NCBI GenBank assembly: GCA_965205855.1
Contig: OZ242184.1
Span: forward strand, 320,001-384,000
Length of the DNA: 64,000 bases
DNA from: Thermodesulfobacteriota bacterium
Lineage (GTDB): Bacteria; Desulfobacterota_D; UBA1144; Nemesobacterales; Mycalebacteriaceae
Direction: 5' to 3'
The notes under the pieces were generated by a model, which made no database searches, had not been told where the DNA came from, and was given only the letters and a program-made list of their open reading frames with translations. This document shows, one piece after another, positions 19,942-29,069 of this stretch (its first letter is position 1; the number at the start of each line of letters is the position of its first letter). Both the position numbers and the translations under genes were made by a program.

Positions 19942-20127
19942 TTACTGAAAATTGTCAATAATTGTGGAAAGGTCTTTGATGCAATATCTTTCAATGACTT
20001 TTCCGTCCAGCCAAATCCATAGTTCCTCTCCGTCAAAATCCAGTTCGTCATACGGTTCGTTGGTTGTTTTGAAATAGCGATAGATTGAATTCCATTGTTT
20101 TGAGATTGTGTCGTTAGTCTTGTGCAT
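19942..20127 (-). CDS. Small hypothetical protein
   Basis: 61-aa ORF starting 1 bp after the MTase stop and filling the gap to the HNH gene. Confidence 0.55.
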   Translation of the reverse strand: MHKTNDTISKQWNSIYRYFKTTNEPYDELDFDGEELWIWLDGKVIERYCIKDLSTIIDNFQ

Positions 20128-20128
20128 T

Positions 20129-21016
20129 TTAAGCCCGCCGTAAAGTTTTTCTTCTTTTTGCAGGGGTTTCTAAAAGTCTTGGCTGATTCTGCAAAGCCTC
20201 TTTTTCCATGTCGGGATATTTTTTGTCTCTGATAAATTTCTGTTTGTATTTTATATCTATAAAGCCATTTTTCTCTATGCGTTCCAGTATCATTTTATGG
20301 TACTTCTTGTTTGTCTCACAGGACAGAAAGTTTCTCTTGAGGTTTTTTGTGAGGATTATTTCGGAACCGCTTCCGCCAAAAAGAATAAACACATTATCCT
20401 TTTCCACAGTGCAGGATTTGATAAGCATTTCAACAAGAGGCAGTGGAATCTGGCAGGAATGAAAGGTTTTGTCTTTTGAAACATTTTTTACTAAGTCAAA
20501 GTAAAACCATGAATAGGGCATTCTGCCTTTGTGTCCTTCTGCAATTCTTTGTTTTATCCTTCTGTCTTCGGGGTTTTGATATGGAACCGCCACTTGGTCT
20601 TTGTAGAAGTTATTGTCCTTCGTTTTTGTCGCGTGAAGTATTGAGCGGTGTGCTGTGGTAAAACGCTTTTTTGAATGCCCAACGTTTGTATTGTAAACCC
20701 AAGCGTAATCGTGAACTTCATAAGCTGCTTCATCAAGAAAATTAACCCGAAGATATGAGTTTTGTTTTGGATAGTTAAGCAGAAAAAGATTTCCTTCTGG
20801 TTTTAAAACTCGCAAGCTTTCTTTTGCGAGCTCCGAATACCAGGCAATATAAGATTGCCAAGCCTTTCTGTGTTTTTCTCCTCCAGCGTAAACTATGCCG
20901 ACATTGTAGTCAGGGTCTCCATAGACCATATCAAGACAGTTGTCTGGGAGTTTTTTTAAGACTTTTAGAACATCCTCATTGACAACGGAGTTTCTGTATT
21001 TGTTCGGCAATCTCAT
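20129..21016 (-). CDS. Amino-DNA methyltransferase (N4-C/N6-A, beta-type motif order)
   Basis: Motif IV-like YGDPDYN near the N-terminus, RVLKPEG, H.CQ.P, motif I-like LFGGSGS near the C-terminus. Confidence 0.85.
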   Translation of the reverse strand: MRLPNKYRNSVVNEDVLKVLKKLPDNCLDMVYGDPDYNVGIVYAGGEKHRKAWQSYIAWYSELAKESLRVLKPEGNLFLLNYPKQNSYLRVNFLDEAAYEVHDYAWVYNTNVGHSKKRFTTAHRSILHATKTKDNNFYKDQVAVPYQNPEDRRIKQRIAEGHKGRMPYSWFYFDLVKNVSKDKTFHSCQIPLPLVEMLIKSCTVEKDNVFILFGGSGSEIILTKNLKRNFLSCETNKKYHKMILERIEKNGFIDIKYKQKFIRDKKYPDMEKEALQNQPRLLETPAKRRKTLRRA

Positions 21017-21807
21017 TTATTTACCAATTTGTACTCTGCGGCTTTTAAAAGTTGTATTGAAGTCATGTCGCCTGGTTTTTTAAATGAGTAAAGATAAAGT
21101 CTCAAAACAGATTCGTTTTCAACATTGTCTCTTAACAGATAGCAACAGTTTATTTGTTTCATCTCAAGACCTTCTTCTTTTTTTAGGTCTGAAAAATAAA
21201 CAAAAGGAATATAGATTTGATAAACAGCAAAATCACCCAAAAAACCGTTTTTACCTTCAACGACAGTTACTACTCCGTTGTGTTCAAAAGTCTGGTCTAT
21301 TTCCATTTGTAAGTTTGTGGTCTTTATTTTTTGCTTGCCTACATTATAGGAGATAGTTTTCTTGGTTCTTCTTGATTGATACACTTTCGCTTCTATATTC
21401 TCATTTCCGTAAAGGAAGTGATGAGTTATTCTCTGGTTGAATGCTACAGATAGAATGTTACTTTCGCTTGTATCATACTCATTGAGCAAACTTTTTCTGT
21501 ATGTCCAGTTTTGGATATTCTTTTCGGGAATCGTTTCAAATTTGTGATAGCCATTTTTGATGCCTTTCACAAATTGGTGCTTACCTTCGCCCAAATGTAA
21601 GATGAAGAAATCTTTTGCTTTCAGAAGTTCGGGAAGTTTTTCGGTTGAGTCAATTTTTGTTACATCAAACGGGTTTCCAAACCCAACTTCTTTTGAAATT
21701 TCCTTTACGAGGTCATTGTGGAAAACAAAGTGTTTCTTCTGTAGACAATGTTGCAAAAGCTTCGTTTGCAACTGTTTTTTCTTACCTTCTATTTTTTCTT
21801 TAGTCAA
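21013..21807 (-). CDS. Putative type II restriction endonuclease (DUF6997-like, PD-(D/E)xK)
   Basis: TKIDS.EKLP, QMEID...E....VVEGK, FAVYQIY.PF. TTG start; its stop overlaps the MTase start. Confidence 0.7.
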   Translation of the reverse strand: MTKEKIEGKKKQLQTKLLQHCLQKKHFVFHNDLVKEISKEVGFGNPFDVTKIDSTEKLPELLKAKDFFILHLGEGKHQFVKGIKNGYHKFETIPEKNIQNWTYRKSLLNEYDTSESNILSVAFNQRITHHFLYGNENIEAKVYQSRRTKKTISYNVGKQKIKTTNLQMEIDQTFEHNGVVTVVEGKNGFLGDFAVYQIYIPFVYFSDLKKEEGLEMKQINCCYLLRDNVENESVLRLYLYSFKKPGDMTSIQLLKAAEYKLVNK

Positions 21808-21882
21808 AGATGTATCTCTCTGGCGTGTTCTTCAATATTAGAAGACCCGTTGACTCAAATAATGTCTTATTCTACCTTACCC

Positions 21883-22347
21883 TCACAACCGTGCGTCAAA
21901 CTCAAACGGCAGTTTTTTTACCTTCTTAACCACCTGTTCAAAACCCGTATGCTGCGGGTTCAGTATATAAATCCATTCTCCTGACACAACCGCGCTTGGC
22001 ACGGCAAGGGCGAGGGTTTTCTTTTTCCAGAGCCAAAAGTCGCCGATTATTGCGGTTTCTTGCGGCGACGGGTTGGCTCGCCAGTTACTTGGCAGTTGTT
22101 TTTGTTTCAAATACAACACATCTTTTTCCGGTATTTGCAATTCAAACAAACAGTATCTGTCCATTTTGATATTCCTTCTCTGATGCACAAACACTTCAAG
22201 AATCGCCAGAGACTCCGAACCGGCTGTATAGACGCACGTTGTTCCTATGCTGCTCCACCTTCCGCCAAATTCTTCAGTTCCTTCACCGCTGAACGCAACG
22301 GTTGAATACTCGTCTTTGACAAGCCGGTAAATGTTGAAAACTTTCAA
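21883..22347 (-). CDS. RES-domain toxin (MbcT/ParT-like)
   Basis: YRL, FSGEG...GGRW, YTAGSESLAILE, LAVPSAVV, YILNP.H. Confidence 0.92.
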   Translation of the reverse strand: MKVFNIYRLVKDEYSTVAFSGEGTEEFGGRWSSIGTTCVYTAGSESLAILEVFVHQRRNIKMDRYCLFELQIPEKDVLYLKQKQLPSNWRANPSPQETAIIGDFWLWKKKTLALAVPSAVVSGEWIYILNPQHTGFEQVVKKVKKLPFEFDARL

Positions 22348-22769
22348 ACAAAAATCCCGTGCTCAAGACACCCTATCAAATTCAGAATCTGGTCGCTCTC
22401 AACCGATGTTCCGAGCAAATCAACGGGCTTTTTGTATCCGAGACCGCGAACGGGATGAGTTAGCCAATCCATTGCCGCCTCTTTGTCGCCCGCGAAAAGC
22501 CCCGTTGCCGCTTCCAGAACTTTGACAAACCTGTATAGACGGTCGCTCTCGTTTTTGTTGAACCTTCCAGCCTTTGCCCGCCGCTGAAGTGTGGCGGGAG
22601 AAATTAACGTTATTCTCGCAAGCTCTTTTTTATCAAGCCCGGAAATGGCGGAGAGTTTGTTGTAAATCTGATAGGAAAACCCTTCATTCAACGCCTCATG
22701 CAACTTTGCCCCTTGCCGGGGAACTCCGGTTGCATACCATATATCTTTGTTTTTCTCTTCTGCCGCTAT
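22344..22769 (-). CDS. Xre/MbcA/ParS antitoxin
   Basis: ISPATLQRR...GRF...ESDRLYR, WLT.P..GLG..P..LL, LEHG.F. Open frame extends to an ATA at 22769; first canonical start is TTG 22703. Confidence 0.88.
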   Translation of the reverse strand: MAAEEKNKDIWYATGVPRQGAKLHEALNEGFSYQIYNKLSAISGLDKKELARITLISPATLQRRAKAGRFNKNESDRLYRFVKVLEAATGLFAGDKEAAMDWLTHPVRGLGYKKPVDLLGTSVESDQILNLIGCLEHGIFV

Positions 22770-22798
22770 CTTGCGTATCCTTCACTTGATATATTAGC

Positions 22799-22826
22799 AT
22801 TATATCAAATGATACAACGAAGACAA
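22799..22826 (-). promoter_or_regulatory. Putative TA promoter with palindromic operator
   Basis: TTGTCT-16 bp-TATAAT on the minus strand. Palindrome TATCA-nn-TGATA at 22803-22814 lies in the spacer and overlaps the -10. Confidence 0.55.
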
Positions 22827-23744
22827 GCTCGCGACTTCAATCAATTCCATAATTTTTTTGATTTCTCTGTCTCTTGTCGCTATATCCACAATCAGCGCGG
22901 TCATTATCATCAGCATATAGATGATTGACGCCCCAAACGCAGTTTCATATCCTCTGCCCCTGACCGCGCACCTTATAACCATGAAGTTGAAGTAGATGCC
23001 AAGGGCAAGCGCGGCGGCGGCAAAGTAGGCGGTCGCCATTCCGGTAAGAAACATTGTAAGGGTCAGTGGAATAAGTGAGATTGAATAGAGAACAATCAGA
23101 ATGTTTGTGTATTTTTCACCGAACGCCACAGGAAGAACGTCAATTCCGGCTTTTTCATATTCATGGCTGTATTTCTGCGCAAGTGCCCAGAAGTGCGGCG
23201 GTTGCCACAACATCATAAAAATAAAAAGCAGAAGCGCGTCCGCGCCGATTTCGGGACTGATTGCCGTGTACCCGATAAGCACCGGAAGCGCGCCCGGGAT
23301 TCCGCCGAGAATGGTTCCGAACGGGGAGTTTCTTTTGAGAAACATCGTGTAGAGAACCGTGTAACTCGCCGCGGCAAGGGTGATTAACAAAGCGTTGGGA
23401 AGATTTATCCAGATTGCGGAGACAACTGTCGCGCCTCCCATGAGAATGAATGACAAAACAGCCGCGTTTTTCTCTCCAAGAAGCTCAAGCGCGTTCACTC
23501 TCGCGCAAAGTCTGTCCATAAGTTTGTCGGATTTTCTGTCCAGAAAGTTGTTGAAGATTGCCGAACCGGCCGCCGCAACCATAAGGGTAATGCAACCAAG
23601 CAAGGCGGTTTTTATTTCGGGGATACCACCGCCGGAAAGAACCATCCCGGCAAACCCGGTGAATACGACGCTGAGGATAATTCCCGGTTTTGAGAGGACA
23701 ACCGCTGAAACCACAATTTCCCGAACGGGTTTTTTGCCGTCCAT
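22800..23744 (-). CDS. ctaB: Protoheme IX farnesyltransferase (heme O synthase)
   Basis: KPGI, NNFLDRKSDKLMDR, YT.FLKR, GGIPGALP, WQPPHFWALA. Confidence 0.93.
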   Translation of the reverse strand: MDGKKPVREIVVSAVVLSKPGIILSVVFTGFAGMVLSGGGIPEIKTALLGCITLMVAAAGSAIFNNFLDRKSDKLMDRLCARVNALELLGEKNAAVLSFILMGGATVVSAIWINLPNALLITLAAASYTVLYTMFLKRNSPFGTILGGIPGALPVLIGYTAISPEIGADALLLFIFMMLWQPPHFWALAQKYSHEYEKAGIDVLPVAFGEKYTNILIVLYSISLIPLTLTMFLTGMATAYFAAAALALGIYFNFMVIRCAVRGRGYETAFGASIIYMLMIMTALIVDIATRDREIKKIMELIEVASLSSLYHLI

Positions 23745-23745
23745 A

Positions 23746-24597
23746 CTAACCAACCGGATTTTCGCCGCTTTCAAACCATTTGAAAAGACTGAACGAAAGA
23801 ATATGCAGCGCAACAAGCAGATGGAGCGCGGTCGCGGCAAACTGAAGCCCCGAATGAATCATACCGACACCGATGACGACTTGAAGAAACACCGAGCCGA
23901 GAATCACATATGCGGCTTTTCGCATTTTGCTCCCGGCGTATGTGTGGGAGAAAACCGCCATACCGATTGCGAATAACGCTATGAGATATCCGAGGGCTCT
24001 GTGGAAGAAGTGATAAAGCACCACGCCGGAAAGGTCGGGCGGAATCCACACTCCGAGGCATTTGGGGAAGTCAGCTCCACAGGCAAGCCCCGCGTCCGAG
24101 TGGCGCACAAACGCGCCGGCAACCGCCTGAAAAAGAACAAGCGCGGCGAAGGCAAACCACATTCCGTAAATTCCCGATGTTGAAAGCCCGTTTCGGGGAC
24201 TGGTCTCAAAACGGCTCATGTAAACCGTTATGCAGAAGATAAGAGCCGCGTTGGCGAAATGGACGGTTGTCAGGTCGGTCGGCAGTTTGAGCAAAACCAC
24301 CGAGCCACCGAGCCCAATCTGGACAACAAGCAGAAAAATCGCGAGAGCCGGAAGCAGTTTCGCGGCTCCCGTGTATGACCTTATACGCCTTGCGGAAAGC
24401 CAGATTATAACAACCGCCGTGAATGCCCCGATAATGCGGTGGAGAAACTCGGCGTAGATATCCCAGCGCAAAGGCGGGAGAATCTTGCCGTGACAGAGAG
24501 GCCAGTCCGGACAGGCGAGACCCACCTTTAGCCCCGCGACGATGTTTCCCCAGACCAGAAGAATGACAAGGGATATTAAAGCCAGTCTGGAAAGCAT
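23746..24597 (-). CDS. ctaA: Heme A synthase (COX15/CtaA)
   Basis: GLACPDWPLCHG, EFLHR, second Cys loop CGADFPKC, HR motifs. Confidence 0.92.
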   Translation of the reverse strand: MLSRLALISLVILLVWGNIVAGLKVGLACPDWPLCHGKILPPLRWDIYAEFLHRIIGAFTAVVIIWLSARRIRSYTGAAKLLPALAIFLLVVQIGLGGSVVLLKLPTDLTTVHFANAALIFCITVYMSRFETSPRNGLSTSGIYGMWFAFAALVLFQAVAGAFVRHSDAGLACGADFPKCLGVWIPPDLSGVVLYHFFHRALGYLIALFAIGMAVFSHTYAGSKMRKAAYVILGSVFLQVVIGVGMIHSGLQFAATALHLLVALHILSFSLFKWFESGENPVG

Positions 24598-24914
24598 CAG
24601 TTCACCGCCGGAATACGACTGAAGTTTTCCATCAGAGTTGTTCCTATGAGCAACAGAAGCAGGAAGATCGGATATATCGCGTATACCCAGGTGAGTTTGT
24701 CCTCAAATTTCAAATGCATAAAATAAAGCGCCACTATGCCTGCCTTTACCGAGGCAATCAACATGGCGATTATGATGTTTAGTTGACCGCCCAAATCAAT
24801 GCTTGCGGTCCACAGGGTGAGTGCCGTAAGCGCCATTAGTGCGCCCCAGACAACAAAATACTGCAATGTTCCGTGCGAGTGTTCTTCGGGGTTTGTATTG
24901 TTTTGCGACGACAT
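24597..24914 (-). CDS. ctaF: Cytochrome c oxidase subunit IV
   Basis: Y..VW.AL..LT, KA..VALYFMHLKFE. Confidence 0.88.
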   Translation of the reverse strand: MSSQNNTNPEEHSHGTLQYFVVWGALMALTALTLWTASIDLGGQLNIIIAMLIASVKAGIVALYFMHLKFEDKLTWVYAIYPIFLLLLLIGTTLMENFSRIPAVN

Positions 24915-24926
24915 TTTTTCCTCCGT

Positions 24927-25532
24927 TCAACCTATTAAATACAGCAGTGGAAAAAGGTATATCCAGATCAGGTCCACAAGGTGCCAATAGAGCCCGCCAA
25001 GCTCAATTGGCGTGTTGTATTCGGCGCTAAAAACTCCCCTTCGGGTAAGGACAAACAGTACGCCGAGAAGAATGATTCCGATAAATACATGGATCATATG
25101 TAACCCTGTCATGAGAAAATAGAGAGCAAAAAACACGCTTGTGCTCGGATATATGTGATGGCTGAACTTCGCTCCGTATTCAAAGTATTTATTCACTCCA
25201 AAGGCGAAAGCGCACAGGATTGTTATGCCGAGAAAAAGAAGAACTTTTCTCTGTTCGCCCTTTTTTGAAGCGGCAACCGCAAGTGCCATTGTCAGACTGC
25301 TGAAGATAAGAACAACCGTGTTTATCGCGCCGAGTTTTACATTCAACTCAAAGTGCTGTTCGTGGAAAAGTTCCGGGAATTTCGCGCGGAAAAGCGCGTA
25401 GGCGGCGAAAAGCCCGCCGAAAAGCAGAACCTCAGTTCCAAGAAACAACCACATTCCGAGCTTGGAAGATTGGTATTCCGTAACCGGGTCAAGTTCGTGG
25501 CTCTGGTGCGCGGTTTTATATTGTTCAGACAT
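24927..25532 (-). CDS. ctaE: Cytochrome c oxidase subunit III
   Basis: GMWLFLGTE, TGLHMIHV, LYWHLVDLIW. Confidence 0.95.
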   Translation of the reverse strand: MSEQYKTAHQSHELDPVTEYQSSKLGMWLFLGTEVLLFGGLFAAYALFRAKFPELFHEQHFELNVKLGAINTVVLIFSSLTMALAVAASKKGEQRKVLLFLGITILCAFAFGVNKYFEYGAKFSHHIYPSTSVFFALYFLMTGLHMIHVFIGIILLGVLFVLTRRGVFSAEYNTPIELGGLYWHLVDLIWIYLFPLLYLIG

Positions 25533-27146
25533 TTATTTTTTCTCTCCGTATCCGTAAGTCCAGTCCGTAAAGGTTGGCACTTCGTCAAAATTCTCATGCG
25601 GCGGCGGAGACTCCGTCTGCCACTCTGGAGACAGGGACTCATAGGGGTTTCTGCCCGCTTTTTCCCCTTTGGTAATTCCGTGCAAAAAGTTTGCGAACAT
25701 AAGGATTATCCCGATTGCCAGAATCCATGAACCGTAGGTTGAAACCAGGTGTCCGTAAGTGAACTCGTCCGGATAACTTGCGTATCTGCGCGGCATTCCC
25801 TGAGTGCCCATTATGTGATGTATGAAGAAAGTTACATTGAATCCGATAAAGATCAGAAACCACGCGATTTTTGCCACTGTCTCATTGAAGTTTCTGCCGA
25901 ACATCTTTGGAAACCAGAAGTGAAGCGCACCGAAAAACGCCATAACTGTGCCGCCGAACATAACGTAGTGCATATGCCCCACGACAAAATATGTGTCATG
26001 CAGGTGAACATCCGCGGCGAGCGCTCCGAGAAACACTCCCGTGAGCCCTCCGACAAGGAAGAGAAATATGAAGGAAAGCGCGTAAAGCATCGGTGACGCG
26101 AGCAGTATGGAACCCTTGTACAGAGTGGCCAGCCAGTTGAACACCTTTATCGCCGTGGGGATCGCGACAAGCATTGTTATGAATGAAAACACCTGAGCTG
26201 CGAGAACGGAAATTCCGCTTACAAACATATGGTGCATCCACACAAGGAAGCTGATTACCGCAATTCCGAAACTTGAAAACGCCATGGCTTTGTAGCCGAA
26301 TATGGGTTTTTTTGAAAACACCGGAATAATTTCCGAGATGACTCCCATGCCCGGAATGATCATTATGTAGACCGCGGGATGGGAGTAAAACCAGAAGAAG
26401 TTTTGCAGAAGAATCGGGTCTCCCCCCTTGGCGGGGTCAAAAAACCCGATGTCCAGCGTTCTTTCCGCAATTAGAAGAAGCAGGGTGATTCCCACAACCG
26501 GAGTCGCCAGAAGCTGGAGTATGGACGTCGCGTAGGACGCCCATATGAAAAGAGGCAGTCTCCCCCATGTCATTCCGGGAGCCCTGAGTTTGTGGATTGT
26601 TACTATAAAATTCAACCCGGTCAAAATTGACGAAAATCCCAGAACAAAAATGCCGGCGGTGATAAGGATGACATTTGTTCCCGTTTTCACGCTGTAGGGA
26701 GCGTAGAAAGTCCAGCCCGTGTCAACCGTGTCGCCGAGAAGTGCGTAAAGTAGAACCGCTGTTCCCGCAAGGTATATCCAGTAACTTGCTATGTTCAGTT
26801 TCGGAAACGCGACATCTCTCGCTCCTATCATCAGGGGTATGAGAAAGTTTCCGAAAGACGCGGCAAGACCGGGAACAATAAAGAAAAACACCATTACCGA
26901 GCCGTGAAGAGTAAACAGAACGTTGTATGTATGGGGGCTGAAAATATCACTCTCAGGGGTGGCAAGCTCATACCGCATCAAAAGGGCGATAATTCCCGCG
27001 AAGGCGAAAAAGAAAAGCAGGCTCGCAAGATACATCACCCCGATGCGTTTATGATCGGTTGATGTCAGCCACTGCCACAGTCCGCTTCCTCCGTGGGAGA
27101 AATAGGGCGTGTGCTGCGCCTTTTGAGAATAGTGATTGTCTGTCAT
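25533..27146 (-). CDS. ctaD: Cytochrome c oxidase subunit I (type A2)
   Basis: TDHKRIG, GWTFY, FWFYSHPAVYI (YS motif = A2), WMHHMF, HMHY. Confidence 0.97.
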   Translation of the reverse strand: MTDNHYSQKAQHTPYFSHGGSGLWQWLTSTDHKRIGVMYLASLLFFFAFAGIIALLMRYELATPESDIFSPHTYNVLFTLHGSVMVFFFIVPGLAASFGNFLIPLMIGARDVAFPKLNIASYWIYLAGTAVLLYALLGDTVDTGWTFYAPYSVKTGTNVILITAGIFVLGFSSILTGLNFIVTIHKLRAPGMTWGRLPLFIWASYATSILQLLATPVVGITLLLLIAERTLDIGFFDPAKGGDPILLQNFFWFYSHPAVYIMIIPGMGVISEIIPVFSKKPIFGYKAMAFSSFGIAVISFLVWMHHMFVSGISVLAAQVFSFITMLVAIPTAIKVFNWLATLYKGSILLASPMLYALSFIFLFLVGGLTGVFLGALAADVHLHDTYFVVGHMHYVMFGGTVMAFFGALHFWFPKMFGRNFNETVAKIAWFLIFIGFNVTFFIHHIMGTQGMPRRYASYPDEFTYGHLVSTYGSWILAIGIILMFANFLHGITKGEKAGRNPYESLSPEWQTESPPPHENFDEVPTFTDWTYGYGEKK

Positions 27147-27174
27147 TTTGTCCGTTTCTCCTTCTGTTACGTTT

Positions 27175-28119
27175 CTACTTGAGTGTTTTTAAATACTCTA
27201 TGATATCCGAAACCTCGCTCTCGGAGAGTATTCCCTTGAAAGATGGCATAACCGGCGCATAACCGGCGACTATTTTTGCCTGCGGCTCGTAAATTGACTC
27301 TATTATGTAATTCTCGTCTGCCGTAATACTGCCGTTTGCGAGTTCTCTTGTTTTGCCGAAAACCCCTTTGAAACCCGGCGCGATTCCGGGACTTTCGTCT
27401 ATACTGTGACAGGCGTTGCAACCCCTGTTTGCATAGAGTTTTTGTCCCCGTTCATGTGCGGGAATTGAAGATGAAAAAGCGGCCGCGCTTTTGTTCCCGG
27501 CACCTTTGCCTTCCCATCTGGCGAACGCTTCAGGGCTCATAACATTGACGCGTCCGAGCATCTTGGAGTGTCCCGTGCCGCAGTATTCGGCGCAGAATAT
27601 CACGAAGGTTCCGACTTTTGTCGGTTTGAACCACAGTTGGGTGAATCTTCCGGGCAGGATATCCTGTTTGACCCTGAAGGCCGGAATGAAAAGACTGTGA
27701 AGAACATCGTCGGACCTCATTATTATCCTGACCGGCAAATTGTGCTGAACGTTCAGCTCGTTGATGGTCTTTTTGCCGTTTCCATACTCAAACTGCCACA
27801 GCCACTGTTTGCTGATGGCTTTTACCTCAACCGCGGTTTGGGGCGGGACCCTCATTTCATTGAAGACTACGAGGCCGTAAATGAATATCAGTATCAGAAT
27901 AACAGACGGGACCGCAGTCCAGAATATCTCAAGCGCCTCGTTTCCCGTGATGCTCGGGGTTTTGTCGTTTGCCGTTCTCCGTCTGTATTTTATGGCAAAG
28001 ACGACCAATACTGCCGATATCAGTATGAAAAATATGAATGAAATAACTGTGACCGCGACCAGCACATTGTCCACTTTAAGGGCAATTTCAGACGCGGCTT
28101 CCGGGAGCCAACTGTTCAT
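27175..28119 (-). CDS. ctaC: Cytochrome c oxidase subunit II with fused cytochrome c (caa3)
   Basis: CuA motif DVLH...CAEYCGTGHSKM; C-terminal CNACH heme c and MP. Confidence 0.96.
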   Translation of the reverse strand: MNSWLPEAASEIALKVDNVLVAVTVISFIFFILISAVLVVFAIKYRRRTANDKTPSITGNEALEIFWTAVPSVILILIFIYGLVVFNEMRVPPQTAVEVKAISKQWLWQFEYGNGKKTINELNVQHNLPVRIIMRSDDVLHSLFIPAFRVKQDILPGRFTQLWFKPTKVGTFVIFCAEYCGTGHSKMLGRVNVMSPEAFARWEGKGAGNKSAAAFSSSIPAHERGQKLYANRGCNACHSIDESPGIAPGFKGVFGKTRELANGSITADENYIIESIYEPQAKIVAGYAPVMPSFKGILSESEVSDIIEYLKTLK

Positions 28120-28125
28120 TTAAAA

Positions 28126-28941
28126 TTAATCAACCTCCGACTTTGATTTCCGTCTCCACATTCTGTAAAGGAAAGCCGCAAGAATCAGAAGTGTAACAAC
28201 ACCAGAGATTTTTACTATTGCAATTGCGCGCAGAGCGTATTTCCGGCCGACGGGGTCAAATTTATAACAGAAAAGAAGAACTTTGTTAATTATCTCACTG
28301 CCACCTATGCGGCCGTTTGACGCTTCAATGAGGGCGAGTTTCAGGTCCACTGGCTCGTGCTGTATCCCGTAAAGATAACGTGCAATCCTGCCTCGCGGGG
28401 TCAGCGCTATAAGCGCGGACTGATGGTCAAAGCCGTCTCCCTCTTTTCTGAACCCGAAACCCGCCGCTTCGGTCAGTCTTTCAATTTCTTCCGGACTTGC
28501 GGTAAAAAACCTCAACTCCCCGGCTCCCTCTTTGTGCGTGAGCAGGGAGCGACTTTCCCGCGTTTTTTCCAAAGCCGTCTCCGTGGTGTCGGACTCATCA
28601 AAACTTACCGTCAACACCCGGTAGTCACTACCGATTTTGAAAGATTCAAAATTGTCCGACAGGGCGTTTACGGTTTCTGTGAGAAACTTCATCGCAAAAC
28701 GGCAGTTGTGTGGGCATTTGTAAAAAACAAGTTGAAGAAGAACGGGCTTTTTGCCGTCAAAGTACCGCCCGATAAGTTCCTCCCGTCCCAGGTGATTTAC
28801 AAGCGCAATGTTCGCAGGCACCTGTTCGCCAAGTTTTTCTTCTATGCCAATCCTCTCAAGCTGAGCCGTGTCGGTTATGGAATTTGCGGTCGTAGTCATC
28901 AACAAAACTGCGACAAACAGAAATATTTTTCCCATGTGCAT
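28126..28941 (-). CDS. SCO-family copper chaperone
   Basis: Signal peptide, CPHNC, FDH, C-terminal LLFCY..DP and TM helix. Confidence 0.9.
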   Translation of the reverse strand: MHMGKIFLFVAVLLMTTTANSITDTAQLERIGIEEKLGEQVPANIALVNHLGREELIGRYFDGKKPVLLQLVFYKCPHNCRFAMKFLTETVNALSDNFESFKIGSDYRVLTVSFDESDTTETALEKTRESRSLLTHKEGAGELRFFTASPEEIERLTEAAGFGFRKEGDGFDHQSALIALTPRGRIARYLYGIQHEPVDLKLALIEASNGRIGGSEIINKVLLFCYKFDPVGRKYALRAIAIVKISGVVTLLILAAFLYRMWRRKSKSEVD

Positions 28942-29069
28942 AGAAAATCCTTTACGGATACGCGGAAAACTTATACGCAGGGTTGAAACTGTCAAGAACC
29001 TCCGGAAAAGGAGCCTCAACGCGCCGCCGGATGCGTTTGAGAATCCCGCGTGCCTTTTCTCACCGTTTA

